A stretch of DNA of 64,000 nucleotides from Candidatus Latescibacterota bacterium (GTDB lineage Bacteria > Latescibacterota > UBA2968 > UBA8231). This document shows, piece by piece, positions 28,560 through 39,020 of the stretch. Location of the stretch: the NCBI GenBank assembly GCA_965248265.1, contig CBDFJF010000002.1, forward strand, positions 2,272,001 to 2,336,000, given 5' to 3'. The notes under the pieces are model-generated. The model was not told the origin of the DNA. It did no database searches and saw only the letters and a list, made by a program, of their open reading frames with translations. A program made the position numbers and the translations under genes. Within the stretch, counting starts at the first letter, position 1. Every line of letters starts with the position of its first letter.

Positions 28560-29708
28560 ATGAACGGGATGAAAAGCTCTCAACCATACCAACTTGCCAT
28601 CATCCGCTCTGGAAAAACCGGCCGTGTTTCATCCTGGGACACCTCCGGTCGCAACAAGGACCGCTGGATCCTGGATCCAGGAGAGAGTCGCGTGCTCGCC
28701 GATATCGATGGCCCCGGGCTGATCACGCACATATGGATGACGCAACCCAGACATTACCGTGAGTGTCTGCTCAAGTTTACCTGGGACAACGCTCGCCATC
28801 CGAGCATCGTCTGTCCACTTGGAGACTTCTTCGGCCTGGGGCACAACATCGTCAACTCATACCAGTCTCACCTGTTTACGGCGTCAGCGCGAACGGACAA
28901 TCAGTTCAACAGCTTCTGCGCGCTCAACAGCTATGCCCCCATGCCGTTCCGTGAGCGCGCCGTCGTCGAACTCGTCAACGAGAGTTCCGAACAGCATGTC
29001 CAGTATTTCTACCTTGACTACGAAGCGCTCGAAGACAACCCGGATGAGCATCTCGGTTACTTTCACGCCGAATTTCGCAGGGAAAACCCATTCGGTGGCT
29101 GGGGACATGAGATCACTGTCAACGTACCGGAAGCCGACGTCGTCAACAAGGAGAGGATGGCGTGGGACAGCAACTACGTCATTCTCGAAACGAAGGGACG
29201 GGGTCACTACGTGGGCTGCAACCTGTCGGTTACCAATTTCCAGGGCACATGGTGGGGTGAGGGGGATGACATGATCTGGGTCGACGGCTACAAATGGCCT
29301 CCCGATCTGCACGGAACCGGCAGCGAGGATTATCTGAACCAGGCCTACGGCATGCAGGACAATGCCTTTCTCAGGAACGGCTCGTCGATTCATGAGGATA
29401 ACACCGGCGGGTACCAGACGAGTTACGTACACCACCTCGAAAACCCGGTCCGCTTTTCGCGCGAAATCAAGGTGACGATCGAGCACGGTCACGCCAATCA
29501 CCTGGCCAATGAGATGAGCAGCGTTGCGTACTGGTACGCGGAAGAGCCAACGAAGGTGGCGAAGGTACCGGCCGTCGCCAAGAGGATGGAGGTGAAGCGG
29601 GACAACCAGGGTGAGTGGCTGCACGAGAAGCGGACACAGTCCACTTCCAATCAAGTTCCGCTCAACCGCGAGATGCGCGCGAGCAAACAGAAATTCAAGA
29701 GCAAATGA
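28560..29708 (+). CDS. DUF2961 / GH172 glycoside hydrolase
   Basis: SSWD.SGRN.D, GPGLITHIWMT, PLGDFFG, WWGEGDD, GTGSEDY, IEHGHAN. Confidence 0.92.
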   Translation: MNGMKSSQPYQLAIIRSGKTGRVSSWDTSGRNKDRWILDPGESRVLADIDGPGLITHIWMTQPRHYRECLLKFTWDNARHPSIVCPLGDFFGLGHNIVNSYQSHLFTASARTDNQFNSFCALNSYAPMPFRERAVVELVNESSEQHVQYFYLDYEALEDNPDEHLGYFHAEFRRENPFGGWGHEITVNVPEADVVNKERMAWDSNYVILETKGRGHYVGCNLSVTNFQGTWWGEGDDMIWVDGYKWPPDLHGTGSEDYLNQAYGMQDNAFLRNGSSIHEDNTGGYQTSYVHHLENPVRFSREIKVTIEHGHANHLANEMSSVAYWYAEEPTKVAKVPAVAKRMEVKRDNQGEWLHEKRTQSTSNQVPLNREMRASKQKFKSK

Positions 29709-29719
29709 GGAGTGGAGGG

Positions 29720-31018
29720 ATGAACGAGGAACGCTTCGCGCGGATCCTACTCGCGTGGTTGATTTTACCGGGGTTGATCTCTGCTGAGCAGAGCCGCCCG
29801 GTGCCCGCTTTCCCAGGTGCGGAAGGTTTCGGGAAATACGCCGTTGGCGGACGCGGTGGGTCTATCTATTCCGTCACCAATCTGGACGACGCTGGACCCG
29901 GCTCTCTGCGCGAGGCGGTCAGTCGACCGAACCGAATTGTCGTCTTTCGGGTCTCCGGCACTATCGACCTCCAGTCACCTCTCGAAATCGCACAATCCAA
30001 TCTCACCATCGCCGGACAAACGGCCCCGGGTGACGGCATTTGCCTCAAGGGGAGTGGGACCTACATCAATGCCAACGACGTGGTCGTGCGCTATCTGCGC
30101 TGCCGGCCGGGCGACGAACAGAAGGAGCCGCACGATGGTCTCTCCATTTCGGGCGGCAAGCGCATCATCGTGGATCATTGCTCGGTGTCGTGGTCGGTCG
30201 ATGAGGCCCTCTCGGTTACGGGAACGACGACGGACGATATCACCATCCAGTGGTGTTTCGTGACGGAGAGTCTGGATGATTCCGTTCATCCCAAGGGTCC
30301 GCATGGAATGGGATCGTTGCTGCGGTTGCAGGATGGGCACTTGTCGATGCATCACAATCTCTACGCCCATCACCAGACGCGAAATCCGGCGATAGCCTCG
30401 TACAAAGACAGAACCATGCTTCTCGACTTTCGCAACAACGTCGTCTACGACTGGGGCGGGCATCCGTGCACGGGCGCCAAGGCCGGCTACTATGCGCGCT
30501 TGAACTACGTCGGCAACTACCTGCGGAGTGGAGCCTCCACGCTCGAGCAGAGAAGGGATTGGGCTTTCTTCGGCTGGAGCGTGGACACTCAGGTCTACCA
30601 GGCACAGAATCTGATCAACGGCAAAGACCTCGGTTGGGGCATGTTCCTGCGGACGTACTCAAAGGCAGCGCAAGCCTTCGGAGCCGAACCCGTTCAGACC
30701 GAGCCGGCCGAAGTCGCCTTCGACCGCGTTCTCGCCGAGGCGGGGGCTACTCGTCCGCGTCGAGATGCCGTCGACACTCGTATTGTGTCCCAGGTCAAAC
30801 ACAGGACGGGGCAAATCATCGACTCCCAGAGCCAGGTGGGAGGATGGCCTGCGCTCGAGTCTGCCCAACCGCCGCCTGACAGCGATGGGGACGGCATGCC
30901 CGACTCATGGGAACGGCAGATGGAGCTGCTACCCGATGACCCCGGCGACGGCAAGCTGGATCGAGACGGTGACGGCTACACCAATGTCGAAGAGTATCTG
31001 AACGGCACCGAGCCATGA
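29720..31018 (+). CDS. Pectate lyase (PL1-like), secreted
   Basis: AFPGAEGFG...GGRGG, GSLREA, GQTAPGDGI, DHCSVSWSVDE, RNP, DSDGDGMPD.WE, DGYTNVEEYLN. Confidence 0.92.
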   Translation: MNEERFARILLAWLILPGLISAEQSRPVPAFPGAEGFGKYAVGGRGGSIYSVTNLDDAGPGSLREAVSRPNRIVVFRVSGTIDLQSPLEIAQSNLTIAGQTAPGDGICLKGSGTYINANDVVVRYLRCRPGDEQKEPHDGLSISGGKRIIVDHCSVSWSVDEALSVTGTTTDDITIQWCFVTESLDDSVHPKGPHGMGSLLRLQDGHLSMHHNLYAHHQTRNPAIASYKDRTMLLDFRNNVVYDWGGHPCTGAKAGYYARLNYVGNYLRSGASTLEQRRDWAFFGWSVDTQVYQAQNLINGKDLGWGMFLRTYSKAAQAFGAEPVQTEPAEVAFDRVLAEAGATRPRRDAVDTRIVSQVKHRTGQIIDSQSQVGGWPALESAQPPPDSDGDGMPDSWERQMELLPDDPGDGKLDRDGDGYTNVEEYLNGTEP

Positions 31019-31068
31019 TGCACCACATCCTCGGCAGTGCTCGCGGCACTCTCGTTGGCCTTTAAGGG

Positions 31069-31096
31069 TTGATATCAGTATCAATAGTGATACTAT
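31069..31096 (+). promoter_or_regulatory. Toxin-antitoxin promoter with operator inverted repeat
   Basis: TTGATA (31069) -16 nt- TACTAT with extended TG; inverted repeat AGTATCA-atag-TGATACT (31077-31094). Confidence 0.65.
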
Positions 31097-31103
31097 TAGG
31101 GAG

Positions 31104-31160
31104 CAGGTGCTACAGGCAATCGACAAGCTGGAGTATGAACATGGCGACGAAGAAGGATAA
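31104..31160 (+). pseudogene. Last 18 codons of a HicA-like toxin
   Basis: QVLQAIDKLEYEHGDEEG* overlapping the hicB start; resembles HicA C-termini. Confidence 0.6.
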
Positions 31161-31470
31161 ATACACCTACCGGGTAACATGGTCCGAGGATGACCGTGAA
31201 TACGTTGGTGTATGCGCGGAGTTTCCGAGTTTGAGCTGGTTGGCGTCGACCCAGGAGGGTGCTCTCAAGGGGATTCGGAGAGTCGTCAACCGCGTTGTGA
31301 AGGATCTTGCGTCAGCCGGAGAGCCCGTCCCTGAACCGCTGGCGGCCAAGAACTTCAGTGGCCGGTTTCTAGTACGTGTTCCGGAGGAGGTCCACCGGCG
31401 TCTCGCGATACATGCCGCCGAAACGGGTGTAAGTCTAAATCGTCTCGTCAGCGCAAAGTTGAGCCGCTGA
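31141..31470 (+). CDS. hicB: HicB family antitoxin
   Basis: YTYRVTWSEDD.EYVG.CAEFPSLSWLA, FSGRFLVRVPEEVHRRLA..AAE.GVSLN. Confidence 0.9.
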   Translation: MATKKDKYTYRVTWSEDDREYVGVCAEFPSLSWLASTQEGALKGIRRVVNRVVKDLASAGEPVPEPLAAKNFSGRFLVRVPEEVHRRLAIHAAETGVSLNRLVSAKLSR

Positions 31471-31490
31471 CAGCGCAGGGGGAAGACAGC

Positions 31491-32513
31491 ATGGCAACTG
31501 TAGCATTCATCACCGAAGACGGAGCTTCTCACCGTCCTGCTTACCAGCAGGCGATCCGCGATGTCGACCTGATCGAGCGCGCGGTGCTGGTGGATTCGGA
31601 TGGTGCCACCTTCGATGAGACTCAACAGGTCTGCGGGGAAAAAGTCGCCGGATGCGAGACCTCCATCGACTCCATGTTGGAGACGGTTCGTCCGGATATG
31701 GCTATCGTGACGATGAAGGGGGCACACGCTCCGCCGGTGATCCGCCCGCTGCTCGAAGCGGGCATCCATGTCCTGGCCGAAAAGCCAGCCTGCGTCGATC
31801 CCGATGACTTCGCCGATCTGGCCGTACTGGCTGGTCGCAAGGGGGTTCACCTCATGCTGGCGTTCGCCCAGCGTCTGCACCAGCCGAACATCGACGCCTG
31901 CCGCATAGTCGCAGACGGGGAAATCGGCGAGCTGTATGCCGTGCAGGCCACCCAGGTGGACGACCAGGCTCGCATTCAGCGGCGCCTCGACAGGGGGGAC
32001 TGGACCTTCATCAAGGCCTTGGCCGGTGGCGGCCATCTGTCATGGCTGGGGATCCACACGGTCGACCAGATCCGCTTTCTCACCGGCCTCGAGGTCGAGG
32101 CCGTCTCGGCGATGACGCCCGTCGTCGGCGGCACTTCCATCGACGTCGAGGATCTGGCCACCGTCAGCATGCGATTCGCTGGTGGCGCTCACGGGGCGCT
32201 GTTCTCGGGGTACCTGATGCCAGAGAAGGGGCACTCGTCGATGACGGTGTACGGGTCAGAGGGCTGGGTCCGATTGAATGCCGCCGAGCGTGGTCAGCTA
32301 GAATGGCGGCGCGTCGGATCCCCTAAGCGGGTCATCAGCTACTCCGGCCATGCGGGCGGGTACACCCCATGGGTGGAGCGCACGCTGCAAGCCTGCCTGG
32401 GACAGTGTGAACCGCCGCTGGCGGCTGCCGACGGACTCGCCGCACTGCAGATCGTCCACGCCGCCTACCGTTCGAGTGAGACGGGGCGGACCGTGGAGAT
32501 CGCCCGGAGCTAG
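31491..32513 (+). CDS. Gfo/Idh/MocA oxidoreductase
   Basis: HVLAEKP, GGGHLSWLGIHTVD, DVEDLA. Confidence 0.9.
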   Translation: MATVAFITEDGASHRPAYQQAIRDVDLIERAVLVDSDGATFDETQQVCGEKVAGCETSIDSMLETVRPDMAIVTMKGAHAPPVIRPLLEAGIHVLAEKPACVDPDDFADLAVLAGRKGVHLMLAFAQRLHQPNIDACRIVADGEIGELYAVQATQVDDQARIQRRLDRGDWTFIKALAGGGHLSWLGIHTVDQIRFLTGLEVEAVSAMTPVVGGTSIDVEDLATVSMRFAGGAHGALFSGYLMPEKGHSSMTVYGSEGWVRLNAAERGQLEWRRVGSPKRVISYSGHAGGYTPWVERTLQACLGQCEPPLAAADGLAALQIVHAAYRSSETGRTVEIARS

Positions 32514-32526
32514 ACGATCAGCGCCA

Positions 32527-32706
32527 TCATCCCTTGAACTCGATACTGACGGAATCGAGCTGGATGCAACCCTCCGGCACCCGCGACCTCCAGACGGGGT
32601 AATCCAGGATGTGGGGATCGCCATCGATCGAACCCATGGGCTCGACCTGCAGCGGGTAGAGGACGAAGAGGATGTCCGCGTTGACATCACCGAGAATCGT
32701 CGTCAC
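32527..32706 (-). pseudogene. 3' fragment of an unidentified gene starting exactly at the fixed end of repeat R copy 3
   Basis: Protein-like frame TTILGDVNADILFVLYPL...QLDSVSIEFKG* with no start of its own. Confidence 0.45.
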
Positions 32707-32856
32707 GTGTAGGAAGTACAAGAGCCCTTTTTCGTGATTCACGAGTCCGGACGTGAGTATTTGGCGCCATCGGTGGGTAGGGTCGGATACATCACAGGTG
32801 GCCGGCCCACCGGAGGCCTGTACATGATGACCATCCTGCAGTGACGGTGCTCCACT
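32707..32856 (-). repeat. Repeat R copy 3 (150 bp); putative oriIS end
   Basis: 147/150 identical to copy 2; ends 7 nt from the amidohydrolase stop codon. Confidence 0.9.
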
Positions 32857-32863
32857 CTGTCCA

Positions 32864-33700
32864 TCAGCTCTCCGCCCTTTTCAACAGGGCCATCAGGTTT
32901 TCGCCGACAATGAGGTCGCGGTCGCCGTCGCTCAGAAACGGCATTTTCCAGAACAGACCAAGCGTCTGCGAATAGGTCTGATGATTGAGACACGGCGTGT
33001 AGTCGGAGGCGAACAGCAGTCGCCCGACGCCAAACGCTTCGATTAATGCCTCGACAAGGGGCCATGCCAGTTCGTACGGATGATCGTACGACAGCTCTGT
33101 TATGGCGTAGAACCCGCTCAGCTTGACGCACACCTGCGGAAATCGAGCCAGAGCGATTACCGCTTTCAACCTGTCGCGCGCCTGCGCCTGGTCGATCAGC
33201 CCACTGACTTTGTCAGGCAGACCCAGATGGGATATGATCAGTCGAAGCTCGCGGTGACGGCCGAGGATTTCCTGCCACACGTCCCAAGCGTCTCCTCTCC
33301 AGTTGACGCTGAGGATCCACTGCTGGGCGATCAGCCACTCCCAGATCTCGTCGGGGCAGGCACGCACGGCGTCCGCGCTCCGAGGGTACATGGTCAATCC
33401 GATAACACCCTCATCGCGCCATTGCTCAAGCTCCTCGATCCCGGGTGCGTCGTCGGGCTCCACGTGGGTCGCCGGACGGACCCAGTCGTAATTTGATTGA
33501 AGGCCGATTACGAATTCGTTGTTTCTCTCGTTTCCTTCGCAGCGGCGATAACAGACGATGAGAGCCGCCGCCACGTCACTCTCCTTTGCGAGAGAATCGA
33601 AGCAGGCTGCCTCGTCCATGTGAACGCCCGGCCGGTCCGGGAACGAACCTCCCAGGGGTTTTTCGAAGAGGTGGATATGCGCGTCGGCTCGCTGTGCCAT
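32864..33700 (-). CDS. Amidohydrolase_2 family protein
   Basis: DAHIHLF, ISHLGLP, VKLSGFY, LLFASDY; RBS GGAG. Confidence 0.88.
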   Translation of the reverse strand: MAQRADAHIHLFEKPLGGSFPDRPGVHMDEAACFDSLAKESDVAAALIVCYRRCEGNERNNEFVIGLQSNYDWVRPATHVEPDDAPGIEELEQWRDEGVIGLTMYPRSADAVRACPDEIWEWLIAQQWILSVNWRGDAWDVWQEILGRHRELRLIISHLGLPDKVSGLIDQAQARDRLKAVIALARFPQVCVKLSGFYAITELSYDHPYELAWPLVEALIEAFGVGRLLFASDYTPCLNHQTYSQTLGLFWKMPFLSDGDRDLIVGENLMALLKRAES

Positions 33701-34044
33701 GTCGTGTCTCCGTTCTCAATTATTGGGGGCGACCGGTGCCGTTTCCTGGGCGCCCCAGTGCTGTTCCAGATCGCCCTGCGAGTCACTCTGGATTCCACCA
33801 CGCTCAAACCGGCATCGCCCTTGCGCCGAGCAGCCCTCAACTCGGTAATATAGACGCACGCCAGGCGGCGAACATGCAGTACCGACGATGACAATCACCG
33901 GAGAGGATGGCAAGTCCATCGTTGAGGTGATGGACGTGGCTTTCTCCCACGGTGGATCTACACGACCTTCTTTCCAACAATCCTGCGGACGTGTCCCCGA
34001 AAGTTAGAACGAGTAGTCGTCCAGAGACAGGACAGGGAACACCC

Positions 34045-35640
34045 ATGTACATTCATTCGAGATCAGTTGCAGAGAAAGTGTTCGACGTCTGGCGAAGCCC
34101 AGGCCGATTTACCAAAAACCCTGACATCATCCGCCTGGAGTCCGGCCGTCTTCTCCTCGTCTACTCCGACACCGAGTCACACTGGGGAGAATCGAAGCAG
34201 ATTCTGACGATCCTGTACAGCGACGATGACGGGAACACGTGGGCCAAATTGAGCGAAGTGGCGAGCGCTGACCGAAGCAGAGGTGATGAACGCCTGGTCA
34301 CGCCGCGGATCAGCCTGCTCAGTGACGGCCGCATTGCCGTCATCTGCGACCATGACGATTTCAGCCACTTCCACGAAGATCAGCCACCCGGCAACTGGAT
34401 CTGGTGGAGCTTCGATGAGGGCACGACCTGGGACGGTCCCCACAAACCAGACATCGGAGGCTTTGAGCCCGACCGCATTACTGAACTGCCGGATGGACGC
34501 CTGGCCGTCAGTGCGCACATCATGTTGCGCGAAAGCCAGGAATTCGCCGTGATCATGACCTCGTCGGCAGATGGCGGCCAGAGTTGGGGCAACCGTGTCA
34601 TCGTCGCCCATGATGGCTATCACCAGTTTTGCGAAGGAGCCATCATCGTCCTCGACGGCGGCGGGGAGCTGGCCTGCGTCATGCGCGAAAATCACTCCGC
34701 CGGCATCCCCTGCTTCGTCGCTTTTTCTCAGGACAATGGAGAGACTTGGAGCGATCCACAGATGTGTCCCTTCGCTCTGCACCGTCCGTACGTGAAACAA
34801 CTCGACGACGGCCGCTGCATGGCCACTGGACGTCACGTAAACGGTGGCCTGGGGTGTTACGCCTGGATCGGCGATTTGAAAGAAGAGGCGGGCACCTACG
34901 CCATCGGGGGTCCGCGCAGAAAATACGCCGCTTCAATAAGCAACGGCGCACTCACGATCGAAAACAGACCCGAGCACGAATGCCGCTACAGCCTGCTGCC
35001 ACCACGGGACCGCTTCAGCACTGTCGACTTCGAAGCGGAGTTGAAAGTATCAGGTCCTCCGGGAGAGCCCGTGGCGTTCATGTCCTGCGGCAGCATAGGT
35101 GCCCTCGTCCAAATCGGCGCTGATTTCATCACCCTTGGCGGGAGCCGGAGCACCGACCTTCACAGGAAAGTCGATTTCTCTCGCCCGAGAGCGATTGCCA
35201 TCAGGCACAAAGGAGGATTACTACGAGTGCAGGTAGACGGCGAGGACACGATCTATCACAACGTCTTTCGGGGAGAGACCCAGCTCGCAGATCCCCGCAC
35301 CGAGCGGCCAGATATGCGCACCATGTTCGGCCAGTGGGGTTACACCGGTACGAGTACCTGGACAACCGTTTCATTCGCGAGCCAGAACCGAACGTTCGAA
35401 GACTGGTCCTGGAACTGGTCGGCTGCTTCTGGCGATTACCCCGACCAGTACCAACGCGACCGCATGGTGCAGATCCACGCCAATCACCCCGATCAGAAAC
35501 CCAAACCGGATCACGGCTACTCCTCCTGGCTCTGCCTGCCTGACGGTCGAGTCCTTCTGGTCGACTACACCAACCTTGGAGACGCACCCGGCAAGAGCCA
35601 CATCGTTGGGGTGCACCTCACTGTCGATGATCTCGCATGA
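34045..35640 (+). CDS. BNR/Asp-box sialidase-like protein
   Basis: Asp boxes SDDDGNTW, SFDEGTTW, SADGGQSW, SQDNGETW; DHGYS. Confidence 0.82.
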   Translation: MYIHSRSVAEKVFDVWRSPGRFTKNPDIIRLESGRLLLVYSDTESHWGESKQILTILYSDDDGNTWAKLSEVASADRSRGDERLVTPRISLLSDGRIAVICDHDDFSHFHEDQPPGNWIWWSFDEGTTWDGPHKPDIGGFEPDRITELPDGRLAVSAHIMLRESQEFAVIMTSSADGGQSWGNRVIVAHDGYHQFCEGAIIVLDGGGELACVMRENHSAGIPCFVAFSQDNGETWSDPQMCPFALHRPYVKQLDDGRCMATGRHVNGGLGCYAWIGDLKEEAGTYAIGGPRRKYAASISNGALTIENRPEHECRYSLLPPRDRFSTVDFEAELKVSGPPGEPVAFMSCGSIGALVQIGADFITLGGSRSTDLHRKVDFSRPRAIAIRHKGGLLRVQVDGEDTIYHNVFRGETQLADPRTERPDMRTMFGQWGYTGTSTWTTVSFASQNRTFEDWSWNWSAASGDYPDQYQRDRMVQIHANHPDQKPKPDHGYSSWLCLPDGRVLLVDYTNLGDAPGKSHIVGVHLTVDDLA

Positions 35641-36203
35641 AGTCCGGATTTTGCTGCAAGCGCCACGAGAAGATTACCGCCTCCCTTGCCCGGACTATCG
35701 GCAAAGTCTCCTTTTAACGCTCCCACCAGTACCAATATCCAACGCAGCGAGAGCTGTCAGACACACCCAAAGTGGTCTGTACCTATTATACGTGGAAGAA
35801 TAGAGGGCGTTATCGCTACTTCGGTCTAGAGCGTCGGGGCGGCGTGCCTTGGGCGTGGAGGTACGCGGGCCCCGGCACCGACGTCGTGTGCGTTGGTTAG
35901 GGCTGGATATTTTCAGAAAGGGGTTGCCTGCAACGGTGAACCCCAGCGACATCTACCGCGCCAGGCGCACCGGGGCCGAGGGTCAATCAGGTGAGGTGAT
36001 TCAGTCGATGTCAGGCGCCCAGACGCGGCTCCGGCGGGCCTCCAGAAAGCTCTAGTTCTCAATTTCCAGATCTCGATATTCTGGATTCTGGTCGGAGTGG
36101 CGCTGCGAGGAGCACGTGACCTACGTGCGCTGTTGCCGTCTACGGGAGATCGACTGAAGCGTACGAGCGCTCGACCGACACGTCTGGCGCGTCCCGGTTC
36201 GGC

Positions 36204-37556
36204 TCACTCCAGGGTGTTGGAGAAGCGCCGCTCCGGCGTGGCGGGGACTCGGTCGACGAGGCGGTTGGGGCCGTCAGCCTGTTTGTGCAGCTCGAAGGCG
36301 TCGTAGAGCTCTCCGGTGACGGTGACGGCCCGGTAGCGCAGCGTGTCGGTGTCGATGGTGATCAGCTGATAGAGCTGCGTGTTCTCGGCTCCCCGGGCCA
36401 TCCAGCGATCCTCCGTCAATTGGTACATCTTGGGACCGCTGACGGAGACGACGTACATCGTGCCGCTGGAATCGCGCACGGCGGCGCCCGTGGGCAGGTT
36501 GCGACCGCGGGCGTAGGAGTGGTCGTGCCCCTGCAGAACGAGGTCGACGCCGTAGCGGTCGTAGCGCGGCTTGAAGAGCTCGCGCAGTGCCTGGTTGTCG
36601 CGTCCTTTCGCCGACGAGAACAGGGGGTGGTGGTGCGTGACCACCGTCCACCGGTTCGGGTTCGCCTGGAGCACGCCATCCAGCCATTGTGCCTGTTTTC
36701 TCAGCTGCTCGTTCGAGTTCAAGACAACGAAACGCACGTCCTGCACGTCGAGCCAGTAGACGGATTCCTCGAGTCCGGCTGGGCCGTTCAGAGGTAGGGC
36801 AAACGTCGGCCGCCAGTGATGGGAGAGACGGCGCGTGTCGTCGACCGTGGCGTACTCGTGATTGCCGGGCACGGGAATGGCCGGCACCATGGCGTGGATG
36901 AAGCTGCCCGCGTCGAACCACTCGCCCCATTCCCGGTCGCTCTCGGCGCTGTTGACGAGGTCGCCGGCGTGCAGCATGAGACGGGCGCGTGGCGCGTCGC
37001 TGAAGGCCGAGCGGATCGCCCGCGACCAGAGTGAGAGAATCGAGTTCTGCGCGTCTCCGAAATAGATGAAGGTGAACGGCTCGGCCTGGTGGCTGGCCGT
37101 GCGAAAGTGGAACCATTCGCTCCACGTCGAACGGCCGTCGCCGACCCGGTAGGCGTAGAGGGTCGCCGGCTCGAGGCCGTCGAATTCGACTTCGTGGAAA
37201 CGCGCCGGCCCGCTGTCAGCACGGAGGATCTGCGAGACGGAAGGCAGACGCTGCGCCAATTTCTCGAAACGCGGGGAGGCGTCGGCGCGCGCGATTTCGG
37301 CGAAGCCACTATCGGCGTCCGCGGCTGTGCGCCAGCTGACGGCCTGCGTCGTGGCCGGATCGGAACGCCAGGTCAGGCAGATGCGGTCCGGGCGCGAGCC
37401 GCGAGCGCCCCCGGCGTCGATGCCGGCGTCGCAACCCGCCCAACCCGCACCCAGGGAGGCCAGCGCGAGAATCACCAGAGGATGTGCCATGGCGAGATAT
37501 CGCGGGTTCCCGCGCGTGCGGTCCGTCATCAGCGAATTAGAGGCGCGTGAGCACAT
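36204..37556 (-). CDS. Purple acid phosphatase-type metallophosphoesterase with FN3-like domain
   Basis: FGDAQ, HAGDLV, PGNHE, HHP, QGHDHSY; RBS GGAGGA before ATG 37556. Confidence 0.9.
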   Translation of the reverse strand: MCSRASNSLMTDRTRGNPRYLAMAHPLVILALASLGAGWAGCDAGIDAGGARGSRPDRICLTWRSDPATTQAVSWRTAADADSGFAEIARADASPRFEKLAQRLPSVSQILRADSGPARFHEVEFDGLEPATLYAYRVGDGRSTWSEWFHFRTASHQAEPFTFIYFGDAQNSILSLWSRAIRSAFSDAPRARLMLHAGDLVNSAESDREWGEWFDAGSFIHAMVPAIPVPGNHEYATVDDTRRLSHHWRPTFALPLNGPAGLEESVYWLDVQDVRFVVLNSNEQLRKQAQWLDGVLQANPNRWTVVTHHHPLFSSAKGRDNQALRELFKPRYDRYGVDLVLQGHDHSYARGRNLPTGAAVRDSSGTMYVVSVSGPKMYQLTEDRWMARGAENTQLYQLITIDTDTLRYRAVTVTGELYDAFELHKQADGPNRLVDRVPATPERRFSNTLE

Positions 37557-37765
37557 CGGATCCTCCTCCGACGGAATATCGACCAAAGCCATTGAAGTGT
37601 CCATCCTTGTCTGCTCGCGGTCTCGACAGAGCAAGAAGCTGATCCGGCGGCGTGGGAACACTACGACCATGCTGACGCCCAGGGTGTATGAGCAGGGTGA
37701 GAAGAAGGAGTGCGAGCGCGAGCCGGTCCGGTCGAGATTCCTGAAGCCATGTGTAGCAGTGTTGC

Positions 37766-38383
37766 TCAATCAATCAGGTTGTTTTCGATGTAGTCCCAGT
37801 TGCAGGCCACACCCAACCCCGGCTCCTGGGACACTTCGACATACCCTGCGTCGTCCATGGGATCATAGAGCTTCGTGAGATGAGGCGGCGGTGTCTCGTG
37901 ATCGAGCTGGGGGCGTAACAACCCGCGCTCGTAGTAGCGGCACGTCGCCTCGGGCGATGCGGCCGCCAGGTGCACCTGCGCGGCGCCGAACGCGTGCAAC
38001 TCACATTGAAGCCCGTAGAGCTGACAGAGATTGATGACCTTCCAGCAGCCTGTGATGCCGCCGTAGTACTGGTCGATGCGCAGCATGTTGCATGCTCCCT
38101 GCAGCAGCCATTCTGCCCTTGCGAAGGGCCCTCCTTTGACATGCTCTGGGGAGCAGATTGCTATCTGCGTCTCCCTCGTCAGACGCCGGTAGGCCTCGGT
38201 CCGGGTTTCGGGCATAGGATGCTCGAGCCAGTAGTAGTTCAGCTTCTCGAGCTCGCGCGCCACCCAGAGTGATTCCTCGAGGGTGTATACACCGAATGGA
38301 TCCAGCATGAGCACGATGTCGTCACCGACGGCTTCGCGCACGGCTCTGCAGATCTCGATGTCTTCTTTCGGGAATCCGGGCAA
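37766..38383 (-). pseudogene. C-terminal half of an enolase-superfamily (mandelate racemase-like) gene
   Basis: AVREAVGDDIVLMLD, WLEHP, GGITG, ELH, YYERG, PGLG; N-terminal capping domain absent. Confidence 0.82.
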
Positions 38384-39020
38384 CTGGGGAGCTGGCTAGG
38401 GCCCGTTGGGTAGAAGATTGCCCGCGTCTTGGTGTCGAATGAAAATCTGAGCTTTTGTGATGGACGGGATGGGTACTTTGGCCTTGCGGGGGCTGGGCGA
38501 GGGTGGATTCCGGCCCCGGCTTTGGTTACGCACCGATCCCGTCGGATCAGGCAGCGTAATCGAACTCAGACTGCTGGGAAGTCCTTGCCTGGGCGATGGG
38601 TGGAGGGCGAGCCGGCAGACCGACACCCTCAAGGTAAGACCGAATGGAGTGGTTCTACGACGCAAAAGGCTGATTCCGGTCGCAGATTTCAGTTCGAATC
38701 TCGGACCGGTGCTATGCAGAAGGAAGCCCTGCATGTACAATGTTATACAGTCTGTATGAACATAGTTACGCTGCTGAAAGAACCGCTGATCTGCAAGCCA
38801 CCGGCGTCCAATACCTCACGTTCAAGAAAGCCAAGGGAAAGTAAATCATCTCACACAAGACCTCGCATGAGCGGGCCCGACGGTGCGTGGCGCTCGCCGA
38901 GAGCGAGGACTTTCGGCGATCTCCGAATCCCGCTTGATCCTCCAGTCGGGCCTGATCGACGAGGCCGACATCGAGAATCACGGGATGGTTGGGTTAAGAA
39001 ATTCGCCTTCGCGCTTAGCG

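Noticed and set aside
37557-37769. Extended N-terminus of the metallophosphoesterase
   Set aside because: Non-homologous; a strong RBS precedes ATG 37556
28110-38383. The two enolase fragments as halves of one split gene
   Set aside because: Both are on the minus strand but the C-terminal piece lies upstream of the N-terminal piece, and nothing shows they are from the same gene
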